From positions 5,642,001-5,706,000 of the forward strand of contig OZ059895.1 of NCBI GenBank assembly GCA_964057225.1: a stretch of DNA of 64,000 nt, given 5' to 3'. The stretch is from Auanema rhodensis (lineage: Eukaryota > Animalia > Nematoda). Under the pieces are notes generated by a model. It was not told the origin of the DNA and did no database searches. It saw nothing but the letters and a program-made list of their open reading frames with translations. Below, in pieces: positions 24,172 to 36,972 of the stretch. A program made the translations under genes and the position numbers. The number at the start of each line of letters is the position of its first letter. Position 1 is the stretch's first letter.

Positions 24172-27100
24172 TTAATGATGAAAGATATGTTTGCGGAATC
24201 TGTACAATGTTCGTCGCTTATCATCCCATTTTTCCAACCATTTATTCAAAGCTTCTTCGTTAAGATGTCGCCATTGAATGTTGAGTTCAATCTGTTCGTA
24301 AACTTGATTCAATTTGGCTTGTGAAGTATGAATCTGAATATTATTATAATATTATGATAGATAGAATGTTTCTAACTTTTTTATCTTTTAAGAATGCTCT
24401 TAGTTCTTCTAAATCGTGCTCTGTGCTCAATCTCTCCACAATAGAACGTAATGCCATAAGCATGAGTGAAGAGCCATCACCGAATCTGTAATATAATTTT
24501 AATGAGATTTTAATGAATATTGCATATTTATGATTATTTCAATTGATAACGTTGCTAATTTTAATTTGATTCTTATTATATAACATTTTGTTTTTGAGTT
24601 GTAACGCTGAGAAAGCAGTTACTTGCACTTGAAAATTCCGAATTTTATATTCAGAAACTTACACTCTACTGAATTCATCAAAGTTGACTCGGAAGAATCT
24701 CCAAGTGGCTGATCTTGCAGCATCGTTTTGAGATAACGCAGCTAATATCCTAGGTACCAAATTAGATCTGAATGGACCTTTCTTTTCTATGCACAAACGT
24801 AATAATCTGTAAAAATAAATAATTTATGTTATATCTCGCTCGTGAGAATATTAACCTGTTGATTAGACCACTATCTTGTGTAGCTGCCAAGGCAGAAATA
24901 AGGTATTGACGCTCCATCGGTGTATTAGCTTCCTTGAAACTAGTTAGGGTACGCTCCCATGCTGGAACACCACCTTGACGAATACCTTCTTCAAGAATTA
25001 TTCCTTGGAGTTCAGGACGTGGCCTATATTTCAGAATATTTTTAAAAAAAATTAAAAAACGCTACTTTGTTCCAGTCTGCATCCAGTCAGTGTACATCTT
25101 GTTAGCCCGTTTGATACAATCACGGTTTCGCAATCGACAAGCGATTTGAATCAGCTCAATCTAAACATAAACCTTAAACAATATCACCAAGAAACTGAAA
25201 GAACCTCTAGGCCTGGATTGGTTTTGGGATCCCAAGCATGTTTTTCATAAGCTTTCAGCATTAATGTTCTTTCAAAATCCTTAAACATACCGCTTGGTTT
25301 TAGATTTTTAAAGAAATCAAAGACCTGGAATGTATTCTGAAAACTTGTTTCACCTATAAGAGCATCAATTGTCTTAAGTTGTTTTCCGATTAAAGACCAT
25401 GCCATACGATCATCTTCATCTATTTCGAGAGTAAAGTATTCTAGTAATCTGAAGTCTAAATTACCTTCAGCATATTCTAACAAGTTCATATATATATCAA
25501 TTTCCATATCTGAAGTCTTTGAAAAATCAAAAGCATCCACAAGTAACATTACACGATCAACAGCAGAAATGGTCTAAAAATAAAATTTGAAATATTATAC
25601 ATATTCGATTAAAGCATACTGTATAATTATGTTTTAACATTTTGGTAAGTTCCGCATAAATCTTTGAATCATATTGAACTTTTAAATATGCTACACCACC
25701 CGAGTTGGCAATTACCCATGAGGTAGATGACGGTTCACTCCAACCAACTAAAAATAAATAGTTATTATGCATAATATAAATTTTTTTAACCTTGATTTTG
25801 TCCAGGTTTTAACCATTGTAACATGATATCTTCTTTTCTATCTGTACGATAATATATTGGTATTGGCCACTCAGTTTCATTATCTTCCTCATTTTCTTTG
25901 AACAAAAATCTGGTCTGACAATTTATTTTAAATAAGTTTGTTTTTAATATTATCTTATTATACCTGATTCGATATTGTCATTTTGTCTTCGTTAAAACTA
26001 ACTTGAACAACTGGATAACCAACTTGAGATGTATAAGCACTGGCAAGAGATTGCATAGAAATTCCATCAGGTAAATGAGCATGCTATATAAGAATATATA
26101 TTTCAATTTTTCAATAACCTTAATAAAGAAAAACCTTTTCCATAATAGCCCATAGTTGAGATCCTTTAGCATTTTCATAAGCATACTTATTCAAATATTC
26201 AATTAAAGCTCGTTGGAAATTAGCTTCTCCTGCTAATGATTGAATCATATGAATCACAGCAGCAGGCTATATAATTAGAATCCTTATTATTTAGAAATTA
26301 TATCAAAAATGAGAACCTTGTGATAGCTAATAGCATCAAAGAGTGACATGATGTTTTTACTATTTTTACCCAATGGAGCCGCAATTGCTCTAGATGATGT
26401 TAAACCATCTGGCTCATGTGAAAAAGCAACATTATCCACATAGAATCGAGTCATCTAAAACATTGATCTGAAGATTTTTTTAAAAAATACTTTTTAGTAT
26501 ATGCACATGTACCAAAGTAGTTCAACAATTTTTTTAACCCAGTAAGAGGAAAAAAAATTTTTTTCTATTTTTTCAAACTTTTTTTCGCAACATTCTTTTG
26601 TTTAATTAGCTGATTAGTGCATTCAGTTCTTGGCCATTACGATCTTTACGGCCAGAGAGCATACGGTGATTTATAAACGTTTAAAGAAAAAAAAAACATT
26701 TTTTTCTCTTTGCATCTAAAAAACTTTTAAAATAAAAAAAACATACGATATTCCATTCAGGGAAAATATGATTAACACATCTATATTCCATATAATTTGC
26801 AAATCCCTCATTAAGCCATAGATCGTTCCACCAATCCATTGTTACTAAATTTCCAAACCACTAGAAAATATATGTTTTTTTTTGAAAGTTATTTTAAAAA
26901 AGTATAAGTTAAGTTAATTATGTCAATATTATACCTGATGAGCAATTTCATGACAAATTACGAGAGCTATTTGTTCTTTAGACATAGCACTAGTAGATCC
27001 TTCGGAATAGAGAAGCACAGAATCACGAAAGATGACGAGTCCCCAATTTTCCATTGCACCTTCTCCAAAATCATCTACAGCTAATAAATCTATAACAAAA

Positions 27101-29707
27101 AATTTTTATAACCAACACCATATCATATTTAATTTAAAAAAAACCTTACCCATTTTTTCCAGTGGATAGGAAATATTAAAATAATCTTCAAAATATTCCA
27201 AAGCTCGAATAGCTGTATCCAAACCAAATTCAGATTGACCTTTCAAAGCTGGTTTTGGAGCATATAATCGCACCTATTTGGAATATATACTAAGTATAAT
27301 AAAATTTTCAAGAGACTAACTTCAATAGGATCTTTAGTGTTTTTAGTTGTTCTCTTAACATAATCGTAATTATCCAAAATAGCTACAGCTAATAGGTATG
27401 TACTCATTTTCACTGATTTGTCAAATATATCCATAATTAGACTATAATTATATACTGTTTCTATACAAAAATTTAAAATAAAAATCATACTTATCATGAT
27501 GTTCGTGTGATTTATAAATCTGCATATTAGATCGGACTACATGATGTGAATCACGAATAACTGATAGTTGGAACTGAGCCTTATATGCAGGCTCATCAAA
27601 GCATGGAAACATCCGACGTGCATATGACGGTTCAAACTGTGTGACAGCTGACCGTCTGAATAAAACAGATTAAACAAATCTGTTCGAGACATACTTATAT
27701 AAAAAATTATTTGAAATATTGATTAACTAGTATTAAATATATACATATAAACGTTTTTTATTATTTTTGCTATATATTAAAATATAATTACTATGTACTT
27801 AAGCTTTGCTGGCAATTAAAACAATTAGATTGTATAATTGAAAAGATTAAGATTTTTTTCGATCTATTAAACAAAGTGAATATTCTTTCTTAGTTATATT
27901 TGAATTTTTTTTTGTGTAACAAGCTTACGTTTTACGTCCGTCAGCATGAGTGTGAGTTGTAATGTACAGACCAACTAAATCATTTGCAACTTCACCTTCA
28001 TATTCAATGTAAAGAGAAACCTAATAAGCTTCAGGTGAGTCAAAAAACAAAATTAGTGTGTTGTGCACTGTTCTCACCTCAGTTCCTGCTTCTAACTTGT
28101 CTTTCACTTCAAACGACCATTGAGCTAACTCTTCGCATTGACTCTGAATGACAGAGCTCGTGAAAGAAATAAGAACAAAAAGAAGAAAAATTTGTTTTTC
28201 ACCAAACAAACTTACAAATTCACTATCTACTTTCTCATGATCTACGGTAAGCTTATGAGACAGCATGTCTAGATCATCAGCATGAAGAATAATATGATTT
28301 GTTGGTTCAACAATCTAAAGAAAAAAATTATTTTTTGTTTTCTCAAAAATACAAAAAAAAAGAAATGTTTACCTTCAAATTAATAGTCACGTAACCAATT
28401 AAATTATTATCTGTTATATTTGGATGAATCGTTAAATTGTACAAAAAAGGCTGCGCTGAATCCGGCAAACGTCGACTGTTCCACGGGAATTTCGAACAAA
28501 ATTTCTTTTCTTCCTCAGTTTCAATTGAAGCTGTTGTTGCCATTTTATCATCTTCTTTGTCATCATCTTCATCAGCTTCATTTGATTTCGAAGTTGTGTT
28601 CTTTTCATCTTCAGCAGTTTCATGCGCATTATCGTCGTCATCTACAGTAGAACTATCCTCATTCACTTTTTTGACGATTGCCTTCTCTTCTTCATTAGAT
28701 TCATCCTCATCTTTTACCGTTGTCTTTTTACTTCCATCATCTTCATCATCTTCTTCGTCATTTTCATTTTCAACGTCTTTGCTGTCATCGGGGGGATCGG
28801 TGGCATGCTCATTCGCATCGTCATCGATATCATCATCCTGTGGGCTGCTGATATGCTCATCTTCTTCGGAACTGTCTATTTCGCCTGATGAATTAGTATT
28901 ATTGTTATAATCTAAGGCTTCATGATGTATGTCTGCCCAGCTAGCAATTAAACCCTAAAATGAGCATACCACCATAAGCTCTACCTTTGCGCAAAAACAT
29001 ACCAATGGTGAATCACCATCTGGATAAAAAACAGCGTGAAGTGTGGCCCCAACACCACATCCAATTAAGAACAGAAAAAAAGCAATTAAAATAGTTGGCA
29101 ATATACTTCGCCGTTTCCGTGAACGATTATCGGCATCTCTAGCGTTAGCTACGGACCATGTTCCTTGAAATAATACAAATAAGTAGTACAAAATCAAAGA
29201 TTATACTTCACTACTTCAATGAATCAACTATGTTTTTTTTTAATTCGGAAGTAATTTGAAACTTTCATCGTCAAAAATATTTCTAGGCACAAATTGAATA
29301 GTATTTTTTTTGGTGGAAATCTCGTTCATAATAATGTTTTAAATATCTCTTTCAAATAAGATAAATAAACTAATAGTATAGGATTTTTGAATTATGTTGA
29401 ATTCTCAAAATGCTTTTTCAAGTACAAAATAAGTTTATATTCATAGCTTTTCTCAGGAAAATTGAATAATATTGGGTTCATCAATATGAGCAAAAATTAT
29501 ACATGATAAATACGATTTTTTTTCTGTCAACTATCGTCATAAGCATAAAACAAGTATTCATCTGGGTTTCGCATGAATATATAAAGCCAAGGTTTTATGT
29601 ATAAAATAAGAATATGAAGCTAAACTAATTAAAAACTGTCTGAATTACTCACCGATAGGTTCGTTTTGAGATTCGTCGTATAGAAGCTTCTGTGAAGCTG
29701 GTTGCAT
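24172..29707 (-). CDS. Type II membrane M1-family aminopeptidase (aminopeptidase N/ERAP-like) with a long acidic stalk
   Basis: N-terminal TM ([16 protein letters not shown]), [53 protein letters not shown] and an ERAP1-C-like tail ending ...RKHIFHH*. Confidence 0.93.
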
Positions 29708-30704
29708 GCTTCGATTTATTTCTTTGTCAAGTATTTGATTATAAACGTCTACGAGCTCGATCGTTGTGTTTCAACTATTTTATTATATTTTGAACCTAAA
29801 CATTGGATTGATGAATAATAATTTGATCACGATCGTCGAGTATATACGCCATGGTTACGGTGTCATAAGTCGAATAAAAACGCGCTCCATTGTGAAATTG
29901 CACCCCGATACCAATGTCAAAAATATTTTATAAATTAAGATATTGATGAGCGGTTGTGCATTTTTATTTCTATTTTCTAAACGTTTCGTTTAATTTCAAT
30001 TTTTGTATACATCCTAAATATTAAGTTAGTTTGAATAACGTTAATTTATGAAGAATACGAAACTCAATAACATGTCTGTAGCGTGTTTCTAGACGATGAT
30101 ACAAAAACTTTAACGAAGTGAGCTAATTCATAAGGTTGACAAAATGTATGATGGGAGAATGATGGCTCTGGGTGAGAAGCAGGATTGAAATAGCGACATA
30201 TGAGTTAAAATGAACAAATTCGTGTTTGCCGTTGACGTTGTGTCTTCGGCTCACCTAATCCGTTCGGAATTAAGAGAAACTTCACTAAGAGACTGTAAAC
30301 TTTCGATTTTGTAAGCTGTCAGGCAAATACCATTGTTGCACTACTGTTATTAAAAAGGTTTATTGCCATTCAAGTGTTTTTGGTTCGATTGAGAAAGACT
30401 ATTTTTTTTACGTCAACTGTTGATTTGAAGAAGACATGAGTTCTTAAGGCTTTCTCATTAGTACTATAGTATTTTAGCGGAATACTCAGAAATATGACAA
30501 AAAAAAAGAGAAAATATGACTAAAAGATGCTTATTTAAAAAAATTATATTTTGTTTATAACTGAAGTTCTTTGTCTGTTATTGCTCATTTATGTGTTTAT
30601 AGGAAGTCGAAATAAGACATTTTAAGCTTTTTATACATTCAAAAAATTTTTTACAGATTACATAAAACGTACATATGTTTTTGAAGGGAAACTCGTGAAG
30701 CATC

Positions 30705-33668
30705 ATGGATAACTGGAGCCAATATCAAAATGCTCCTCACGAACAAGGTCAGTGAATTTATGAGGATGTTTTGTTTATTATTATAAAGTCATGAAAAATA
30801 TGGGGTAGACAATCAAAAAAACATGATTCATGAAGAAGTCACGTTGACTTCTCTGTTGGCATTTAAAAATTTTGACAGCGAAGCTGCTTCTGTTTGTTAC
30901 AGGATATCGGGATTTACGTCTTGGCCCGGAGGGTTATATTGTTCACTGTAGACATGCTTGAAGCTCTATTGTTCGAAGACAGTGAGAGAGAAAGTTCTAA
31001 AATTTTCTGGTTGTAAATATTTGCAAGTAGTTGATCAGCTTGACATTTGCCATTTAGTATTGATCTAGAAGAGACGGATATTCCGAATAGAACATATTAA
31101 TGATCCTATTTTGAATACTTAGAACAGTTTTTTTCCAGTAAACTGGGCTGCTTTGGCTCAGCAATGGATGGCAATGAAGAATGCGGAAGAAGCATGGAAT
31201 CAGCCACCGCCACCGCCGCCGCCGTCTCATAGGCTGAGTGATATGGGTAAAGCGGATGATATAGTAAATAATATACAATTGATAATTGAAGCTGATGTTA
31301 ATTGGACTCAACCTGATCCTCCACCTCCTCCAGCACCCCCAGCTCCGCCTCCACCTCTATTCAAAGCAGCAAGTAAAGTTGAAAGAGATGTTGACACTCG
31401 AGTAAGTTTTCTGTTGAAAACAAGCTTTATGTCTAAAACTTCTTTTTTAAAATCTTTTTAGAACAACTTCCAGCAACAGCAACCTCTTCCACCATTGCTT
31501 CATCCTGGACACCCCAAACCATCATTTCCACCGCCACCACCAGATGGACGACATCATCCATCTCAGTCTTTACATGGGGTACTTGATTTTTGTGACTTGT
31601 ATCTGACTTGAAATATCACTTTCTTCCAGAATTTAGATCCTTATGCTCGTGGACATCACGATGAAAATTGGAGAGGAGCGCCTTCTCGTTATTCCCATAA
31701 TGGACCTTCAAATATGCCTCCCTTTACGAGTATAGGAACACCATATCGACCACCTGTTCCTATGAAATCATCGTATCCAGATTACCCAGACTATCCAGAC
31801 TTTCCTCCTGGTCGATTTATGAAGTGTCATAGTTCAACAAATCCAATGCAAGTGCCTATTCCTATGCCCTTGCCTTTACATCTTCCACCATTCATGCCTG
31901 GCAGTGCACCTCCTAAAGCTCCACCACCTGGTTTTATTAATGGCCCCCCACCAAGACATATGCTTCCCCAATCGGAAAAGCCTGTTTATGTATCACATCA
32001 AAGTTCAAAGTCTAGAAATGGCTCTACGGGTTCTGCACAGTCAGATTATGGACCGTCTTCAGGCTCATTTTTCAAAAGCAACTATAGAGATTCACGAAGA
32101 AAATATGAGAGTGATCGGTCCCCTTCTCCTCCTTCCTCTTCAATTACTTTAGGTGAATGATTCATCCGACTACATTTAATTTAAATTAAATTTCAGATGC
32201 AAATGCACGTAAAAAATTACCTGCATGGTTATTAGAAGGTTTAGAAAAAAGTGAACGAGAAAAACAAAAGCAACTAGAAAAGGAGGAAAGGGAGAAAAAA
32301 ATGGAGGAAGAAAAGGCAAAAAGAAAAGCTTCAGAGGGGAAGAGTAAATTTGTGAGTAGATATCAAAATATATTTTAATAATAATAAAAATAGGAAAGTA
32401 GTAGTGAGGATGAAGATGGGAACGATTCTTCTGATGGCAGAGAAGTTCCTCGTAAAAGATCATGGGAGGATGATGATGATGAGGAGAATGGTTACAAGGT
32501 ATGAAGACAATATATTCAATTGAATTGAACATGTTTTAGAATCAGTCTGTATTGGATACACGGAGTGCAGAAGAGAAAAGAGAAGATGCGGTATATCCAA
32601 ATAATAATACCAATTTAGTTTTAATTAATTAGATAATAACTGTAAAACATATCATGACTTCGCTTTTAATGGATGCTACTGACGGATTGCTAATGAAGAC
32701 TATTGAACAGTGCTTAGCAGATGCATCTCGAAAGGAAGGTTAGGACACAAAATTTATTTTATTTTGTCACTGATTTTGAATTCATTATAAGTGGAAAATT
32801 TGCAATATATTATTTATAGCAAAAGCTGAACCAAAGTTACTAGCTAACAGTTCCGCATTGGCAGCATTATCAAATCTTGGTAAGTTTTATAATCAAGTTT
32901 TCTTGTTATTGTATTGTTTTTTTTCAAATTGTATTGATTGTTTACATTTTTGTTTCATCCCATAGTCAATTTGCTTGTTCAGGATACGATGATGACGACG
33001 ACGATAGCTCTGATGCAGAATCAAAGGAAGGTAATTCGCGATCCTCCAGTGATCATAAGGAACTGTTTAAAGTCCCTATGGGTATACCTCGAAATTTTAG
33101 TAAGACAGAATCGTCATACAGTAAAGGTAAGACTAATCTATTATTTATTTACGTGCGTGCATGCGTGCGTTCGCCCGTTCGTTTATAAAGTTGCTGAATT
33201 ATGATGTGTTATTCCATTTATCGTGTTTTTTTTCATTTGTTACTTTTTCCCACTTCCTTTCTCTGTATACGATCTAATATTGTTTTTTCCAGAGGGTAGT
33301 CCTTCAAGCACACGCAACCGCGAGGAATATCCTCGTTCTGACTCTAGATCTCCAAAAGGTAAGTTATTTGTTGCATTTTTTAAAATTTTGTTCTTTTCTT
33401 CAGGAGGTGGTAAGTATAAACATGATAAATTAAGCGATGACGAAAAGTCTCGCAAGCGTAGGAAAAGCCGTTCTAGGAGCAGGTGGGTAAATTGAAAATA
33501 CTACATATTTCAACAAACAATTTCAGAGACCGTAAGCGAAGCCGATCGCCTCGAGAACATAAAAAATCTCGAGACCGTAAACGTAGCCGAAGTCGTGAAC
33601 GTCGTAAGCGGTCTCGCTCTTCAGAACGAAGTTATCGTAAACGTAGTAGAAGTCGTGATAAAAGGTAG
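30705..33668 (+). CDS. rsy-1: PNISR/SFRS18-family Arg/Ser-rich protein
   Basis: VNWAALAQQWMAMK, a Pro-rich region, KKLPAWLLEGLEK and a C-terminal RS domain (RKRSRSRE...). Confidence 0.85.
30943..31048 (+). ncRNA. Candidate intronic H/ACA snoRNA in rsy-1 intron 1
   Basis: Stem tcactgt/acagtga, H box AGAGAA at 30987-30992, a second hairpin (ctggtt..ttgtaaatatttgcaa..gatcag), then ACA+3 nt at 31043-31048. It is somewhat short and the fold was not computed. Confidence 0.3.
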
Positions 33669-34381
33669 GTAATGATGATCTCATATCCTCTAAGTCTTGA
33701 TTCCCAAATTCAAATGTTTAAAAAAGTTGAAAAAATATATTTATTTGTTTATGGCAATTTTGCTTAATAGTTGCTGCCTGAGATATATCAATACCTTACA
33801 TAATCTGAGAATTAAGGATATATTTCCTCTGCTATTCACTTTTTGTTTTCTTTGTCAAGTTCGTTGTTCGAGTATTTCTTATTTTATTTCCATTTTGGCC
33901 AATTTTGTGCGGGGCATTGTTTGATAGCTTCAATATTTTTCTATTACGCTATTCCTAAGCATAATGTTCTGGAAACAGTTAATATATGCCTTGTAGAAGC
34001 TGCTGTTTATTATATCCATTCAATAATTCTTTGAATATTTGTATTTTATTCGAGTTAATAAAGAGAAAAGTCTATTAAGACTCTTATGCTTTCAATGTAG
34101 GACATATTCATGTCAACAAATCTGACGTTTTCATCCTTTTCTTGATTTGATTCGAGAGTACGAACAGAGAAGAAGAGCAGACAGAAACAGTTGAGGTGTG
34201 GCTGTGCCAAAGATATCTTCGAAATACAACTAGTATTGAAGAGATTTAAAGCCTGGTGAGTGTGTAATGCGTGTGCTGATGGTGAGTCGTCTATCTCTCC
34301 TCCTAGTTCGAGATCTGCTCGAAGTCATCGATTCACTTGCCACACGAATTTCTCTCGTATCGGTCAATCAGTCGCCGAATC

Positions 34382-36972
34382 ATGCGGCTTCTTCTGATTC
34401 TGCTGGCCGCTGTTATAGTGCTCGAAGCACGTAAAAAGAACCACGTAAAAGTTACCGTAGCAGATGATGTGCCAGTTCCAAAACGCACGTCCGGATCAGG
34501 ATCTCGAGTGAGTTACTTTGTATACATTGTCATTGCTGTGTAATATTATGATGAGCCGAAGTTAAGATGTGATTTTTGGAATAATCATTAATTTATAAGA
34601 GAAAAGAAATAAAAGAAAAATCAAATGATATCTTGTTTTTTGCAAATTAATTATGTACTATAGGTATTTCAACGTAGCTTTTCTAAATGTTTTATATTCA
34701 AAAACCTCTTAGAAATTGTTTATTCATTCTATTTTCAAAAAAATATTAACATAAGATGTAAGCCACATCGTAAAATTAACTTTTTTTTCCATTTAAAACA
34801 ATCTGACCAAATAAACAGAATTCACTGTTTATCTGATCTGATCTGTTTGCTTGCATCCATTTCATGTAGTCAACTCAATTGTATGTCAGAGAGCAGCAGC
34901 AGCAGCTGCCGCTGTGCGGGAACCAGAACCGGTCAAACAGGATCACGATAACTCGATCGATGATGTGGATGAAGACAAGATTGATGAAATTCTACGTGAT
35001 GCTAGCCGAAATTTAGTCATCTTCTTCTGTGAGTTTACATGCTTCCTCATATGTGTGTTTGACGGCATGTTAAAAGAGCAACACGAGGACAAGTACTATT
35101 GAATTTTCCGAGAATTAAGAAGTACCTCAAGATAAAAACAGTTTAATAATCACCAAAAATCATTTTTTCTTTGTAATTTTGGAAAAAAAAAATGCATTTC
35201 GTAATCTCAGATGATGGACGTGCTCAATGTCCATCTTGTGGGGATGCTTTGAACGAAATCGAAGAAATTGATGATGATATTGAAGCCAGTGGATATGTAC
35301 AAGTTGGTTTTTCATTCCAATTTTTGTTCATTTTCAGTATATCATATAATACATACTTTTATTTTTATTTAGGTTGTGAAGACAGATGACCGATCAGTTG
35401 CTCGTGAATTGGGAGTTACAACCTTCCCATCCCTCGTCTATTACCGTCGTAAACATCCTATTATGTATGATGGTAAGCAATATTTAAAAAGTTTTAAGTT
35501 GTAACTTAAACAGCTTGTTAAATATTTTTTATGTTAAACCTTTTTTAATAACATTCAATGTTTTTTTTAAGTATTGTTCTACTTTTATTTTTAGGTGATT
35601 TTAAGGATTCTGATGCTATTCTAAGATGGATTCGTGCTCACGAAGAAGTAGCTGCTTGGGACTTAACAGATGATAATTTTGAAGCCAAAACTGATTCACA
35701 TTCACCAGATGAAGGTGCATTGGATTGGTTTGTGATGTTGTAAGTTAGAATTCCTTCTATATAAAATTAGTAATGTTCTTCTTTTTCTGAGAATAATGAA
35801 AATCAGAAAAAATAAAAATCTTTGAGATATGTAAAAAGAAAACAAAAAAAGAGAATAAAACATAATTCAGTTCCTCTAGCATCTGATGTATGTCTAATGA
35901 GATTGATACAGCTTGCGATTCTAATGAACATTCGAATTATATTAGCATATTACATCATAATTTCATTTCTGATTATAATGTTTGAATGATCGGTTGCTTT
36001 TTTTAAAGTAATTAGATATTTATATTAAATGATACATATATATAATTTATATTTTCAGTTATGATGCTGATGAAGGAAGTTGCAACTCATTCATCCCAAT
36101 GTGGGAAACTGTGGCTCACAAGTGGGTATAAACATTTTTTTTAATTCACGATTTACTTTTGTGATAATTAGTACATTTATTTAATTATTTATATTTATTT
36201 ATTTATTCTCAGACTGCGTGGCTTAGTACATGTAGGAAAAGTTGAAACATCAGTCAATGATGATGTAACAGAACGTTTCCACATCGATGAAAATGAATGT
36301 CCTACTTTCATCTTGTAAGTTGAAATAAAGAAAAAGAATTTATTATTTTTGATCTATATAACAAAGAATGTAGAAAATAAATATACATTTATATATAATA
36401 TATAATATATTATTATATATCAACGCAATATTAATTTCAGGTTCCATCGTGGAAAAGTTTATCACTACAAAGCGTCAGCTAAAGATATTCGATCTTTAGT
36501 TAATTTTGCTTTATTTAAATTCAAAGAACAACGTGGGCATAGGTAAGAATATATATTATAATAGTTAGAATATTTTTTTAAATATTTTAGAGTCCCTGTC
36601 CCACCTACAGCTCTTGAGCACATTTATGAATACACAAAAGAAAAGATTGTAGATTTAATGGTATGAGTTAATTATAAATACAATTTAAAATAATATTTAA
36701 TTTGACTTTTAATTTGCAAAGACAGTTTTTCATTTGTTTTTCTTCTTATAGCATTTAAAAATTTTGCTATATAATATTTGAATATAATAACTTATATATC
36801 AATATATTATATAAGATTAATTTTAAATAATAAGAAAATACTTATTTAATCATTTCAGGACGATAATCAAACTCTTTCTGTTATTGCTGTTGGTGGATTG
36901 ATCTTAATTGTTGCTATAACACTCGTATTAAAAGCTCAAAAGATTCGGCAACAAGAAAAGAAATCCGAATAG
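34382..36972 (+). CDS. ER membrane protein with tandem thioredoxin-like domains
   Basis: Signal peptide, FFYDGRAQCPSC, a second Trx-like domain WFVMFYDADEGSC, a C-terminal TM (VIAVGGLILIVAITLVL) and a KKSE* di-lysine retrieval signal. Confidence 0.88.

Noticed and set aside
28420-28910. Ser-rich + strand ORFs
   Set aside because: Antisense shadow of the acidic aminopeptidase exon.
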